This document shows positions 7,082 through 17,047 of a DNA stretch of 58,074 nt, piece by piece. Source of the stretch: a virus (taxonomy: Duplodnaviria > Caudoviricetes); IMG/VR virus record IMGVR_UViG_3300025120_000055, positions 1 to 58,074 of that record; one strand, written 5' to 3'. Below the pieces are notes generated by a model. That model was not told where the DNA came from. It did not search any database and saw only the letters and a list, made by a program, of their open reading frames with translations. How positions within the stretch are numbered: position 1 is the first letter of the stretch; every line of letters begins with the position of its first letter. Both the position numbers and the translations under genes were made by a program.

Positions 7082-9384
7082 GTGTATTAGTTCGTAAATC
7101 TATTATTCTCAAAGGTGATGGTGTTTATGCATATTATGGTGGTCAAGGTCACTTACTGACAGCACCCCCACCCGAAGCGATGCACCCTGACCCGAACACA
7201 CCTGATGTACCACTTTATGCACATTATGGTGCTTACAGACCTCACAAGTCAGGTCATGCTGGAATGGGTGAATTAATCCCCGGTAAGTTTGGTGTAGGTA
7301 AACATGGCGAGATGGTATACATTGATGAAAACGGTGAGGCTCACCATCACGGCATAGATGGTGTCATTCACGCAATAGGTGAATCGCTTGAAAAAAATGG
7401 TATGCTTGGTCAAAACCATCCTATACTCGGAAAGTTAGACCCTAAATTGTTAGTGCAAAGAGCCATTGATATGACAAACAGCGAACACGCTGACAAAACA
7501 GGCGCTCAGAATATACCCGATGTAGACGATATGAAACATCGTAAAATTCGCATCGCTGGTTACGGTGGTCGTAGACCAACTGTTAGAGCGCACAATACCC
7601 CAAAAGGCGATTACATCACAGCCTATACCAACAGACCTAATCGACAAGAAAGAATAGGAGCGATGATTGAATCTTATGCTGTTCCTTACAATCATAACCT
7701 TTCAAGAATACTACTCGAAACATTGGGTCTTGATGATTTAGCAGGTTCTGAGTTTCTTGATAACCCACACATAGATATCGCTGACCTTCATCCTCGTGGT
7801 CGTAGAATAAGAGGAAAAGGTGGCGACGCTATTCAGCAAAGACCCGATGGTTTTTATTTACCCGACAGTCATATCAAAAACTCCCCTAAAGGCGTTACTC
7901 ATAATGCAGCCCACACAGGTATTAGGTCTTGGGAAATTCAACATCACACTCCTGATTTTTTGCACATGACAGGAAACAGCAAAGGTAATCCTAATGCTAT
8001 AGCGAGTGCTAATCATCATATTGATGAGGCTTTAAAACTTATAGACCCTGATAAAATACCTGATGTTGAAGTACCTATTAATGCAACTCCTGACTCAGCA
8101 GGAGTTCCTAGATACACAATGATGAATCTAAGAACAGTGCTTCGTAGCCCAAGTATGCGAGGTAATATGATTAATGAGTTATCAAAAACTCCTGCTTTTG
8201 TAAAACTATTTGGTCGTGTTAATTCAGGCGGTGTTAATAGACCCGGTGTAGGGAAGAGAGCATTTGAACATATCATACAAGCATTCGGTGGAGAAGATAG
8301 TTATAACACAATAAAAGACCATGCTGTTGCTGGTGCAAAATTAGCAACCCTCCCTCCAAATCTTAAAAAATTAGGAACACATGCAAACGCTGCTAAATTT
8401 TACGCTAAAGCCATGATGAGTGGCCCACATGAGGAATATGATAGCGCTCTTCGTGCTTATATGCCGAGAGATGCCGAAGGTAACATAGATGGTGCTACAC
8501 TTACCGCCATGGGTCTAAAGATGCAAAGTTACGATACAATACCACAAAGAAGACAAGCCACTCAAGCAATTGCTGATTTAGTTAGCGATGCTTTTGGTCA
8601 TGAAACTCGTCGTGCATTACCGGAAGAAATACCAACAACATCACTAGCATCTCGTATGATAATGGGTTATCCTGAAAAATTGATTGAGAAATTACCTGAG
8701 CATATTCCTTTCTACGAAGATGCTGGTCTTGCTCCTGTACAAAGACAAAGCGTTACACAACTTCAACCTCAACCATCAACCGTAAGACCGGCTGCTGAAA
8801 GACCCCCTCCTGCTACTGTCGCTCCCCCAGTAGCGGTACAACCTAGACCACCAATTGAACCTCAATCAATAGCAACACCTCCTAGGGGAGCACCATCTTT
8901 TAGACCACAATCACCTGAGTTGGTGGCTGCTAGGCAACAAGTCGGTCAGGCAGACCCTATGCGACTAAGACAAATTATGGAGGCTGCTGGAGTTCGTATG
9001 CCTCAAGGCCAAGGTCAAGAACTCTCACCTCGTGAAGCACAGTTTCAGCAAATGATGGGTGACCCTCGCCAACAGTTACTAACTCAATATATGAACAAAT
9101 CAAATCAAGAACTATCTCCAATGGATAGAGTAATGAAGGCCATGGAAGATATGCAAATGGATGACGCTCGTGGTGATTCAAAAATTATGAAGCATGCTTT
9201 ACCTCGTCAAATTAACATCGCTGACCTTCATGGGATTAATCATCTTGCCAAGAGTATTAATCTCACACCAGTAGATATTCGTTCAATTGCACATTCACAT
9301 GGAGATTGGGAACGCATCGCAAAGAAACTCAATGTTTCAACTGATGTTGTAAAGGTTGTCAAAGTAAGCGTAGGTGGTATCTGA
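7078..9384 (+). CDS. Hypothetical protein, putative internal head protein (His/Gly-rich domain, Pro-rich linker, C-terminal HTH-like domain)
   Basis: 768 aa; N-terminal VRKS/ILKG; C-terminal GDWERIAKKLNVSTDVVKVVK. Confidence 0.65.
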   Translation: MSVLVRKSIILKGDGVYAYYGGQGHLLTAPPPEAMHPDPNTPDVPLYAHYGAYRPHKSGHAGMGELIPGKFGVGKHGEMVYIDENGEAHHHGIDGVIHAIGESLEKNGMLGQNHPILGKLDPKLLVQRAIDMTNSEHADKTGAQNIPDVDDMKHRKIRIAGYGGRRPTVRAHNTPKGDYITAYTNRPNRQERIGAMIESYAVPYNHNLSRILLETLGLDDLAGSEFLDNPHIDIADLHPRGRRIRGKGGDAIQQRPDGFYLPDSHIKNSPKGVTHNAAHTGIRSWEIQHHTPDFLHMTGNSKGNPNAIASANHHIDEALKLIDPDKIPDVEVPINATPDSAGVPRYTMMNLRTVLRSPSMRGNMINELSKTPAFVKLFGRVNSGGVNRPGVGKRAFEHIIQAFGGEDSYNTIKDHAVAGAKLATLPPNLKKLGTHANAAKFYAKAMMSGPHEEYDSALRAYMPRDAEGNIDGATLTAMGLKMQSYDTIPQRRQATQAIADLVSDAFGHETRRALPEEIPTTSLASRMIMGYPEKLIEKLPEHIPFYEDAGLAPVQRQSVTQLQPQPSTVRPAAERPPPATVAPPVAVQPRPPIEPQSIATPPRGAPSFRPQSPELVAARQQVGQADPMRLRQIMEAAGVRMPQGQGQELSPREAQFQQMMGDPRQQLLTQYMNKSNQELSPMDRVMKAMEDMQMDDARGDSKIMKHALPRQINIADLHGINHLAKSINLTPVDIRSIAHSHGDWERIAKKLNVSTDVVKVVKVSVGGI

Positions 9385-10538
9385 TGACGCAGTATGTAGG
9401 TGTAATTCGTAAAGAATTATCGGCTGTGATGACTCCACAAGGGCCACAAATGCAACAGAATATTGGAGGTAATAATCCAGTAGACATGAAACCTGACCAA
9501 TTTGGTCAGATAGGAGTTAGAAATCAAAGAGCACATCAAGAAAAAAATCCTCAACCTGTGGGAACAGGTAATGTGTTGTTATATGATGCAGAAAATAACC
9601 CTACCTCACGAGTGCCTGATGCTATGGCAACTAGAGCAGTCGAAGAAAGAGCAAGAAAAAGAGGTGGAATTGGACAAAAAATAGGTCAAGGTATTGGTGG
9701 GGCGATAGGTGTTATGGGTGGGTTAGTTAGTCTTGCTAATGCTGGTGCTGCTGGTCAAGATGCTATCAGTGGTGGAGTTAATGCTTATCAAACAGGTCAA
9801 TATCTTACTCAAGAGGCTAAACCTAGACTTGGAAATCTTGTCGGTACTATTGGTGCCCATACAGCACTTCCTGTAAGAGTTACAAGAGAAAAAACATCTG
9901 ATGTAGCACCTATGGTTGCCTCTCCTACTAACACTCCTGCTGCTACTCCTGTTGCCGTTGCTGCGCCGACTGCACCGTTACCTACTGACAAAAGAAAAGT
10001 TCTTGGTGTTGATAACTATGAAGGAGCACAAAAAATACAACAAGAGGCTATGAGTATGTTAGGAAATCCTCACTATAATGCTGGAGCGTTTAGTGCAGTT
10101 AACACTACTGATGACCAAGGTAGGACTGTAGGTGTGCAGGGTGCTGGCCCTGCTCAAAATCAATATGACCCTACGGCTATTAATCCAAACCAACTCAATC
10201 CAATTACACCAGCAGGAACACTTCGACTAACTAAACCGGATGGCACTGCTTATCAATCCCCACAACAGGTGGCTATTACTAAACCTACAGTTGCTCAGCC
10301 AACCACACAACAAGACCCCGGCAAAGTGATAGCGAATGAACTGGGCACAATTCAACAATCCCTACCGCTACCTGACCCCAATGAACCAACAGATGCCGAG
10401 AAAACAATAGAATCTAGTGCACAGACTGGTAAAACGATAAGCGACGCTCTTAAGATAAAGATGTTGAAAGCAGAAATTTCAGGTCGTCGGGCTGCTTACG
10501 ATTACTTTACTAAAATGTTTATCGAGGTGAAACCATGA
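9384..10538 (+). CDS. Hypothetical protein with glycine-zipper hydrophobic segment; putative ejection/pilot protein
   Basis: GGIGQKIGQGIGGAIGVMGGLVSLANAGAAG segment; P/T/Q-rich remainder. Confidence 0.6.
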   Translation: MTQYVGVIRKELSAVMTPQGPQMQQNIGGNNPVDMKPDQFGQIGVRNQRAHQEKNPQPVGTGNVLLYDAENNPTSRVPDAMATRAVEERARKRGGIGQKIGQGIGGAIGVMGGLVSLANAGAAGQDAISGGVNAYQTGQYLTQEAKPRLGNLVGTIGAHTALPVRVTREKTSDVAPMVASPTNTPAATPVAVAAPTAPLPTDKRKVLGVDNYEGAQKIQQEAMSMLGNPHYNAGAFSAVNTTDDQGRTVGVQGAGPAQNQYDPTAINPNQLNPITPAGTLRLTKPDGTAYQSPQQVAITKPTVAQPTTQQDPGKVIANELGTIQQSLPLPDPNEPTDAEKTIESSAQTGKTISDALKIKMLKAEISGRRAAYDYFTKMFIEVKP

Positions 10539-12019
10539 GCAAGCGTGAAGAAGAAAAGCAGATGAAAGAACTCATCGTTGAAATGGATACTAAAATGTCC
10601 GAGCGCTCTTTCAAGTATTTCTTTGAAACAGTGTTAGATTTTGATTATGCAGGGCATCACCAATCTTGGAATGATGGTTTAGAAAACAACCGTTACTACT
10701 GTGTTAAAGCGAGTCGTGACCACGGTAAATCTGTATTCTTTATGTCCTATGCTCTTTGGTTAGCGGCTTTTAAACCTAATACTCATATCATGATTTTCTC
10801 ACACTCTCTTGAACAGACATTGGAACACATGCGTTTTATTCGTAATAATATAGATGCTGCTGCTTGTCTACAACATCTCAAACCAAGTGGTATACCATGG
10901 AGGAAAACATACTTCGAGTTTACTAATGGTAGCCGTATTATGGCTAAGTCGGTTGGTGGAGCAACTCGTGGTTTCCACCCTGATGTAGTAGTATGTGATG
11001 ACATTTTATCAGGGACAACTGGTAGTGAATTACAGCGTGCTGCTGATTGGTTTTACGGTGTTCTTCTACCTGTTCTTCACCACGAAGGAAAACTTATGAT
11101 GGTAGGAACTCCGTTTAGTTACAACGATTTGTATGCTGAGTTAGAAAGAAAAGAAACATTCCAAGTGGAGACTTATCCCGCTATCAATAAAGAAGGTGAA
11201 CCCTTATGGCCTGTTCGTTGGAGTCTTGAAGCACTAGAACAAAGAAGATTATCTATGCCAGCAATTCAATTTACTCGTGAGTATCTGTGTGAACCAATTC
11301 ACGATGTAGCGAGTATGTTTCCAATGACTATACTTGAAAAGGCTCGTGATAGAGAACTGGTTTTACTTGACCATGCTGAAAATGAATACGATGCTAATGG
11401 TGACGCTACAGGTATTTTTGGTCATCATTTTATTGGGTGGGATACTGCGATTGCATCTGACAAGAATGCTGACTTTACCGCCATGACTGTTTTACGACAA
11501 CCACCTGATGATAATGTAAAACAAATAGTTGGTATTGTACATGAGCGTGGACTGAGTTCTGTAGCACAGAAGCGACAAATTATTTTGTTGAATCAAAGAT
11601 TTCAACCTGATTTGATTGAACTTGAAGGTAACAATTTCCAGCGTATGTTTGCTATGGAATTAAATGAAATGCGAGAAGATATTCCTATTAGAACATTCAT
11701 GACGACTCGTACAAGAAAGGAAAGTCTCTTCATGTCATTACTCATGGCTTTTGAACAGGGACATCTTAAAACACCCTATGGTAACGAGAAGAGTAGAATA
11801 TTTACTCACAAATTAGAAGAAGAATTGAACAGGTTTGGTATGCAGAAAAACGGTAGATTAGAGAGTGTAGGAGTACATGATGACTTGGCTATGAGTTTAG
11901 CCTTGGCTAATTGGGCAACCAAAGAATTTAGAGGTTCAATTGTAATGTTAGATGATATTTTACCCGGTCTTGATAATATCATAACCGGCAGAAGTAACGG
12001 CGGATGGATGATACCATGA
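10535..12019 (+). CDS. terL: Terminase large subunit
   Basis: Walker A ASRDHGKS, RG..PDVVVCDD Walker B, VGTP coupling motif, PLWP..W, F..EYLC, nuclease acidic residues in IGWD, ELEGN and HDDLAMSLALA. Confidence 0.96.
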   Translation: MSKREEEKQMKELIVEMDTKMSERSFKYFFETVLDFDYAGHHQSWNDGLENNRYYCVKASRDHGKSVFFMSYALWLAAFKPNTHIMIFSHSLEQTLEHMRFIRNNIDAAACLQHLKPSGIPWRKTYFEFTNGSRIMAKSVGGATRGFHPDVVVCDDILSGTTGSELQRAADWFYGVLLPVLHHEGKLMMVGTPFSYNDLYAELERKETFQVETYPAINKEGEPLWPVRWSLEALEQRRLSMPAIQFTREYLCEPIHDVASMFPMTILEKARDRELVLLDHAENEYDANGDATGIFGHHFIGWDTAIASDKNADFTAMTVLRQPPDDNVKQIVGIVHERGLSSVAQKRQIILLNQRFQPDLIELEGNNFQRMFAMELNEMREDIPIRTFMTTRTRKESLFMSLLMAFEQGHLKTPYGNEKSRIFTHKLEEELNRFGMQKNGRLESVGVHDDLAMSLALANWATKEFRGSIVMLDDILPGLDNIITGRSNGGWMIP

Positions 12020-12678
12020 AAGAAAATAAGTTAGGCGGAAAAAAACACGGAGTTGTATTGATAATATCAGTAGGTAAGAAGGGTGACAAAGACCCTACAA
12101 AAGAGTCTGACCCTGATACAAAGAAAAAAGCCAGTGTAGAAGAGTTACAACAAGAAGCACAATCAATGCGTGACGCTGGTGATAAAACAAGTGCAAGAAG
12201 ATTTGGTAGTGTTGCTGATGCTATGGGTAGAGGCCCGGCACTTCGTCAAAATTTAATTGATAGACTTGGAACACAGGCTGCTAATGCTTTAGTGGCACAG
12301 AATCCCGAAATGGAAGGGGCTGAAGGACTCAATGAATTAATGTTTGAAGAGGGAAGAGAAAGCCCTGATTATCAAGAGGCACGCTCGGATTCATCTTATC
12401 TTGGTGATGATAGAAGCGCATTTATGCAAGCCATGAGTGCTTTATCGAGAGGTAAACAACAAGTTACTGAGCGTGATAAATCAGCACAAGAAATGTTACA
12501 ACAACTAATTGAAGACGACCCTACAAAATTCTTTGCTGATAAAAGAATGAAAGACACGCAAACAAAAAGCATGGTAGACCCTAGTGTTCAAATTGCTGAA
12601 AATAGAGGTGGAGTATTGTCGGGTCTAACAGGTTCTACTCTAACAATGTATCAGGCTTTCAAATCAGGTCGTTTCTGA
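12004..12678 (+). CDS. Hypothetical protein (start probably ATG 12016)
   Basis: 224-aa ORF between TerL and HMG-CoA lyase. Confidence 0.6.
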   Translation: MDDTMKENKLGGKKHGVVLIISVGKKGDKDPTKESDPDTKKKASVEELQQEAQSMRDAGDKTSARRFGSVADAMGRGPALRQNLIDRLGTQAANALVAQNPEMEGAEGLNELMFEEGRESPDYQEARSDSSYLGDDRSAFMQAMSALSRGKQQVTERDKSAQEMLQQLIEDDPTKFFADKRMKDTQTKSMVDPSVQIAENRGGVLSGLTGSTLTMYQAFKSGRF

Positions 12679-12687
12679 GGTGATAAA

Positions 12688-13602
12688 ATGACTGATGTAA
12701 ATATTTACGAAGTTGGCCCTCGTGATGGTTTACAGAATATTACTGAAAACACTCCTACTGATGATAAAATTTGTATGATACAAAGACTACATTATGCTGG
12801 GTTAAAAAATATGGAAATCACATCATTTGTACATCCTAAGTTAGTTCCTAACATGGCAGATGCTGAGGAAGTATTTGCCGCTACTAAAGACATTGATGAC
12901 TTCAGTGTTCTAGTTCCTAATCAAAAAGGACTCGATAGAGCAAAAGCCGTTGGTGCTAAAAAATTCAATGTATTCTTTTCTCCTATTGAATCATTTAATA
13001 AAGCAAACTTGGGCACAGATATGGATACTTCTATTGATAATATTTCTACTATGTTAGGTGATATTGATAGAGAAAGTGTTAGGGCTTACATTTCTTGTGC
13101 ATTCGGTACTACTACTGAAAAAGTCAATGAATATAGACTACTGTGGGCTATGCAAGCAGCAGATAACTTTGCAGACACTGTAGTTTTATGCGACACAGTA
13201 GGTATTGCTCATCCTTCGTCTATGACTAGAACATTAGAACTTTCAAGACACATTGATGCTAACATAGCACTGCATCTTCATCACACTAAAAATAAAAGAG
13301 ATAATATGTTTCCTAATATTCAGGCTGCTTTAGATTGGGGTATCACTGAATTCGACGCTAGCATAGGTGGTCTTGGTGGTTGTCCTTTTATGAAGGGTAG
13401 TGGTGGTAACTTATCTACTAACGACATGGTAAAGTATCTACATAAAAATAACTACGAAACAGGACTAGAAATATGGGAATTAAACGCTATTGCTAATTCT
13501 TATGCTGAAGAACAAATAATACCCTTTACACCAATGAGACTTAGAGTGCGAAATAAGTTACAAGAAATCATAAATAAATCGCCTATTGGTAGCAAGTGGT
13601 AA
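12688..13602 (+). CDS. hmgL: Hydroxymethylglutaryl-CoA lyase (DRE-TIM metallolyase); auxiliary metabolic gene
   Basis: IYEVGPRDGLQN, SFVHPKLVPNMAD, CDTVG, metal-binding HLH, GGLGGCPF with the conserved Cys, GNLST. Confidence 0.93.
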   Translation: MTDVNIYEVGPRDGLQNITENTPTDDKICMIQRLHYAGLKNMEITSFVHPKLVPNMADAEEVFAATKDIDDFSVLVPNQKGLDRAKAVGAKKFNVFFSPIESFNKANLGTDMDTSIDNISTMLGDIDRESVRAYISCAFGTTTEKVNEYRLLWAMQAADNFADTVVLCDTVGIAHPSSMTRTLELSRHIDANIALHLHHTKNKRDNMFPNIQAALDWGITEFDASIGGLGGCPFMKGSGGNLSTNDMVKYLHKNNYETGLEIWELNAIANSYAEEQIIPFTPMRLRVRNKLQEIINKSPIGSKW

Positions 13603-13612
13603 ATAGGTCAAT

Positions 13613-14860
13613 GTGGAGGTCAAATATATGTGGGGTTCGGCTATGATTGAAGATGACTTTGGTGAGGTCTATACCCACACCCCTGTTTCCACTGAAGAAA
13701 TCAAATCAATTAAAAAACAGCATCATTTTGCACCAAACGGTGATGGTTGGTTTGAAGCATCACTTGGATGTAATGCGGAAACTCTTGTAAAAAGATTAAG
13801 AAAAGCAAGAAGAAACAACAAAGACAATCGTAGTGAAATTGATAATTTCATCAATGATGTTAGGATGATTAAATCATTAGAAACTAATATGACAATCAAA
13901 TCTTTGTCTTGGGCTGAACCTTATGAAGACACTATCAAACAGTTAGGATTAAATGACCGTAAACTCAAAAGTCTTCGTAAGTTTGGTGAGACACGCTCTT
14001 TGAATCTCGAAAGAGCATGTATGATGTGGGATAAGGCAGAATTAACTCTTAAAATGCTAGATGAGCATGAAGATGTATGGGGTGCAGAAGAACAACAGGC
14101 TTGGGCTTCTGCTATGCAAGATAGAAGTTCTGCTAGAAAAATGTGGTCTAATTCACTTCATCCAATTGACAAACTTAGCAAGGCTGAGAAGAATTTTTTA
14201 GAATTTGCCTCTCAAGAATTACTCGAAAAAGGCCCAATGAAAGTAACTACCATTCGTAGTAATTTTTCCGATGCTGGTATGCTTAAAAAATCTCAAACTG
14301 ATAGAAAACTCGCTACACTCATGAACATGTATGGTGAAGATATGGATATTGTAAAAGGAGCACTACGAGGAACTTATGTTCGTATTTCCAGTGATGGACT
14401 GGTGTTAAAAGATGTGTGGTCTTATAGTGCTGGTTTTATTGATGCTGACGGATACATTACTATCACTGAGCGTGGTGAACCTCGTGCTGGAATGATAGCC
14501 ACAGGTGATAGAGGAAAAGTTCACTGTGAAGATTTGTACAAAACGCTAGACTGTGGTGTACTTTCTACTGATAATAAAGTGTACAAAGATTCTCAAAGAA
14601 GTCAACATAGATTACAATTCTATTCTAAGGCTGACTTGCGAAAGTTACTTCATGGGGTGTCCCCTCACTTAAAAATGAAGTCTACTCAAGCAAAGGCTGT
14701 ACTAGCCTATATTGATGAAAAAGATAAAACTAGAAAGCAAGAATTAAAACGCTTAGTAAGATACGAAAATTGGAAGGATGATAAGCGAAAATCTAACGCT
14801 TTGTTACAAGAATGGGGAATTGACATGGATACTATTGGTAAATACGGAGAGGGTCTATGA
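13613..14860 (+). CDS. Protein with C-terminal single-motif LAGLIDADG endonuclease domain and uncharacterised helical N-terminus
   Basis: WSYSAGFIDADGYITI ... HRLQFYSKADLRKLLHGVSPHLKMKSTQA (I-CreI-like layout); not inside an intein or intron. Confidence 0.8.
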   Translation: MEVKYMWGSAMIEDDFGEVYTHTPVSTEEIKSIKKQHHFAPNGDGWFEASLGCNAETLVKRLRKARRNNKDNRSEIDNFINDVRMIKSLETNMTIKSLSWAEPYEDTIKQLGLNDRKLKSLRKFGETRSLNLERACMMWDKAELTLKMLDEHEDVWGAEEQQAWASAMQDRSSARKMWSNSLHPIDKLSKAEKNFLEFASQELLEKGPMKVTTIRSNFSDAGMLKKSQTDRKLATLMNMYGEDMDIVKGALRGTYVRISSDGLVLKDVWSYSAGFIDADGYITITERGEPRAGMIATGDRGKVHCEDLYKTLDCGVLSTDNKVYKDSQRSQHRLQFYSKADLRKLLHGVSPHLKMKSTQAKAVLAYIDEKDKTRKQELKRLVRYENWKDDKRKSNALLQEWGIDMDTIGKYGEGL

Positions 14861-16647
14861 TGGCTGAAGAAAATCAAAGCATCGTTAGTAGATTTTTGTC
14901 TGCTCTATCAAGTCCATTTAGAAGAAGAACAACTCCTCAACCTCAGATGCCGTTGTATACTACTGGTATACAAGAGCCAGTTTTAGCACAAGGTATTACT
15001 TTACCAGCGCTCTATGCTGTCTCAAATGAAAATTTAATTCTCAGAACTGTTATTACAAAACTTGGTCAAGAAGTATTCCGTAGAGGTTACTACTGGGAAA
15101 AGAAGTTTCGTATGAAATGTGTTGAATGTGAAGAAGAGTTTCAACATGAAGTTGATGAATGCTCGACCTGTGGTGGAGAAGTTCGCAAACCTAACCCCGA
15201 CCAAGTATTGTATCCTAAGTGGTTACTTCAACAAGAAAACTCTATGGAACAAAGTTTTATGCAAATCCTTCATGAGATTGAGCGTGATTTGAATGTTGTA
15301 GATGATGCATTCTTGTTAATGATTAAAGAATACTATGTAGATGAAAAGACTGGTGAAGTACAATTCTATAGAATAAAAGAGTTAATTCGTGGTGACCCAA
15401 TCTTTATGCGAATTATCGCTGATAAGCGTGGTGTTCGTGGTGGGCGATACAAGATTTGTCGTATCCATCGTGACCAAGTTGCTTATCCGGGTCAAGAGCC
15501 AAAATGTAAAATATGTAACTCTCGTTTAGTTGATGCTCACTATGTTAACATGGCGGGTTCAGGTAAGAATCAATATTTTATGAAAGGTGAAGTTCTCCAT
15601 GTATCAAAATATAATCCGGGTAAATTATATGGGCGTGCTCCAGTAAACACGCTATGGCGACAAGCCATGACTCTTACTGCTATGGATAATTATATCTATA
15701 CTGCGTATCAAAAGCGTAGAATACCAAAGGGTATTGTGAGCGTCACTACAGATAATCTCGAATCTATGAAGTCTTTTTGGAAAGGCGTTGATGAAAAAAT
15801 GGAGCGTGACCCACACTACATTCCTAAAGTTGGTATCGAATCTTCTTCAGGCCGTGGTGGTGTGAACTGGGTCAAGTTTATGGATACACTTGAAGAGATG
15901 CAATACATAGCAGTGCGTGATGAAATAAGAAATCGTATTGCTGCTTTTTATGGTGTGTCTTCTATCTTTATGATTGATAATGGTAAATCAGGCGGTCTGA
16001 ATAACGAAGGTTTGCAGATTCTTGTAACTAATAGAGCAGTTGAATACGGACAAAAAGTGTATACAGATTTATTATTCCCTAGAATGTTGCGTGAATTAGA
16101 TGTCACTGATTGGAAATTAACTCTATATCCAAACGAAGAGGAAGATGAAATTACAAGACTACGCCGTGATGAAATGGAAGTTAATCTTGCTCAAAGAATG
16201 GCTATGCTTGGATATCAGCCTGAATTGTTAGAAGAAGGAGATAGAGATGTTAGGTTTAGTTACAAAAAGAAACCACCACAACCTGAAGGTCAACAACCAC
16301 AAGGTCAACCTCAACCACAAGGTCAACCTAGACAGGCTATGCCACCACAAGGTGGTATGCCTCCTAGACAGGCTATGCCACCTAGACAGGGTATGCCACC
16401 ACAAGGTGGTATGCCTCCACAAATGATGCAAGGTGGTAGAATGCCTCCACAAATGATGCCTCCATCACAGCCCGGAGGAGAGGGGATGGGAATCCGCACT
16501 CCACGCTCTCCGGCACGACCTCAACAAAGAGGTAGTCCGGGGGCGGGTGCACCTGTAACTAGTGTACAACAAAGAGGACTCCCTCCTAATATCCAACAAC
16601 AAAACAGTAGAACAATCCAAGATAGCAGACGCCTTAGAGGGGCGTAA
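14857..16647 (+). CDS. Portal protein with Zn-ribbon insertions and P/Q/G/M-rich C-terminal tail
   Basis: ERDLNVVDDAFL, GEVLHV...LYGRAPV, IPKGIV, RNRIAAFYGVS portal motifs; position between TerL and protease. Confidence 0.9.
   Translation: MMAEENQSIVSRFLSALSSPFRRRTTPQPQMPLYTTGIQEPVLAQGITLPALYAVSNENLILRTVITKLGQEVFRRGYYWEKKFRMKCVECEEEFQHEVDECSTCGGEVRKPNPDQVLYPKWLLQQENSMEQSFMQILHEIERDLNVVDDAFLLMIKEYYVDEKTGEVQFYRIKELIRGDPIFMRIIADKRGVRGGRYKICRIHRDQVAYPGQEPKCKICNSRLVDAHYVNMAGSGKNQYFMKGEVLHVSKYNPGKLYGRAPVNTLWRQAMTLTAMDNYIYTAYQKRRIPKGIVSVTTDNLESMKSFWKGVDEKMERDPHYIPKVGIESSSGRGGVNWVKFMDTLEEMQYIAVRDEIRNRIAAFYGVSSIFMIDNGKSGGLNNEGLQILVTNRAVEYGQKVYTDLLFPRMLRELDVTDWKLTLYPNEEEDEITRLRRDEMEVNLAQRMAMLGYQPELLEEGDRDVRFSYKKKPPQPEGQQPQGQPQPQGQPRQAMPPQGGMPPRQAMPPRQGMPPQGGMPPQMMQGGRMPPQMMPPSQPGGEGMGIRTPRSPARPQQRGSPGAGAPVTSVQQRGLPPNIQQQNSRTIQDSRRLRGA
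16327..16416 (+). repeat. Five tandem 18-bp units encoding P-[RQ]-[QG]-[AG]-M-P in the portal tail
   Basis: cctagacaggctatgcca / ccacaaggtggtatgcct / cctagacaggctatgcca / cctagacagggtatgcca / ccacaaggtggtatgcct. Confidence 0.9.
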
Positions 16648-16692
16648 GACTATTTAGGGTGATATTACTACGACTGTAGTAGAGGCGTTATT

Positions 16693-17037
16693 ATGGACTT
16701 ACTAAAAATGAATCCGATGGCTAGAAAACTAACTGTTCACACAGATGCATTTAACAAAGCATTAGAGAGCAGCGACCCATTTGCAGCACAGCAACATCTT
16801 AATGAAATTATGAAGTTTGCTGGATTTCTAAATGATGATATTCATGCTGCTGTTAAAAAAGCAGAATTACATGTTGGAGTTGTTCAACCGGGTGAAAGTA
16901 CAATATTAAAAATGAATAAAACTGGTCAGAAAAAAGGCACTTCAAAAGGTGCTGTTCTTCCCGGTACAATTAGGTCATCTCGTGTGGGTAATGGTTTCAC
17001 AAAACACTCCGGTACTTTTGGCCGCTATTCTCAATGA
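16693..17037 (+). CDS. Hypothetical protein, putative head protein
   Basis: 114 aa; MDLLK N-terminus; GAGG RBS. Confidence 0.65.
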   Translation: MDLLKMNPMARKLTVHTDAFNKALESSDPFAAQQHLNEIMKFAGFLNDDIHAAVKKAELHVGVVQPGESTILKMNKTGQKKGTSKGAVLPGTIRSSRVGNGFTKHSGTFGRYSQ

Positions 17038-17047
17038 AGGTGAATAA

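Noticed and set aside
13613-14860. Intein or group I intron carrying the LAGLIDADG domain
   Set aside because: No intein splicing termini, no interrupted host gene, no flanking non-coding space
16270-16470. CRISPR-like array in the portal repeats
   Set aside because: In-frame coding tandem repeats without unique spacers
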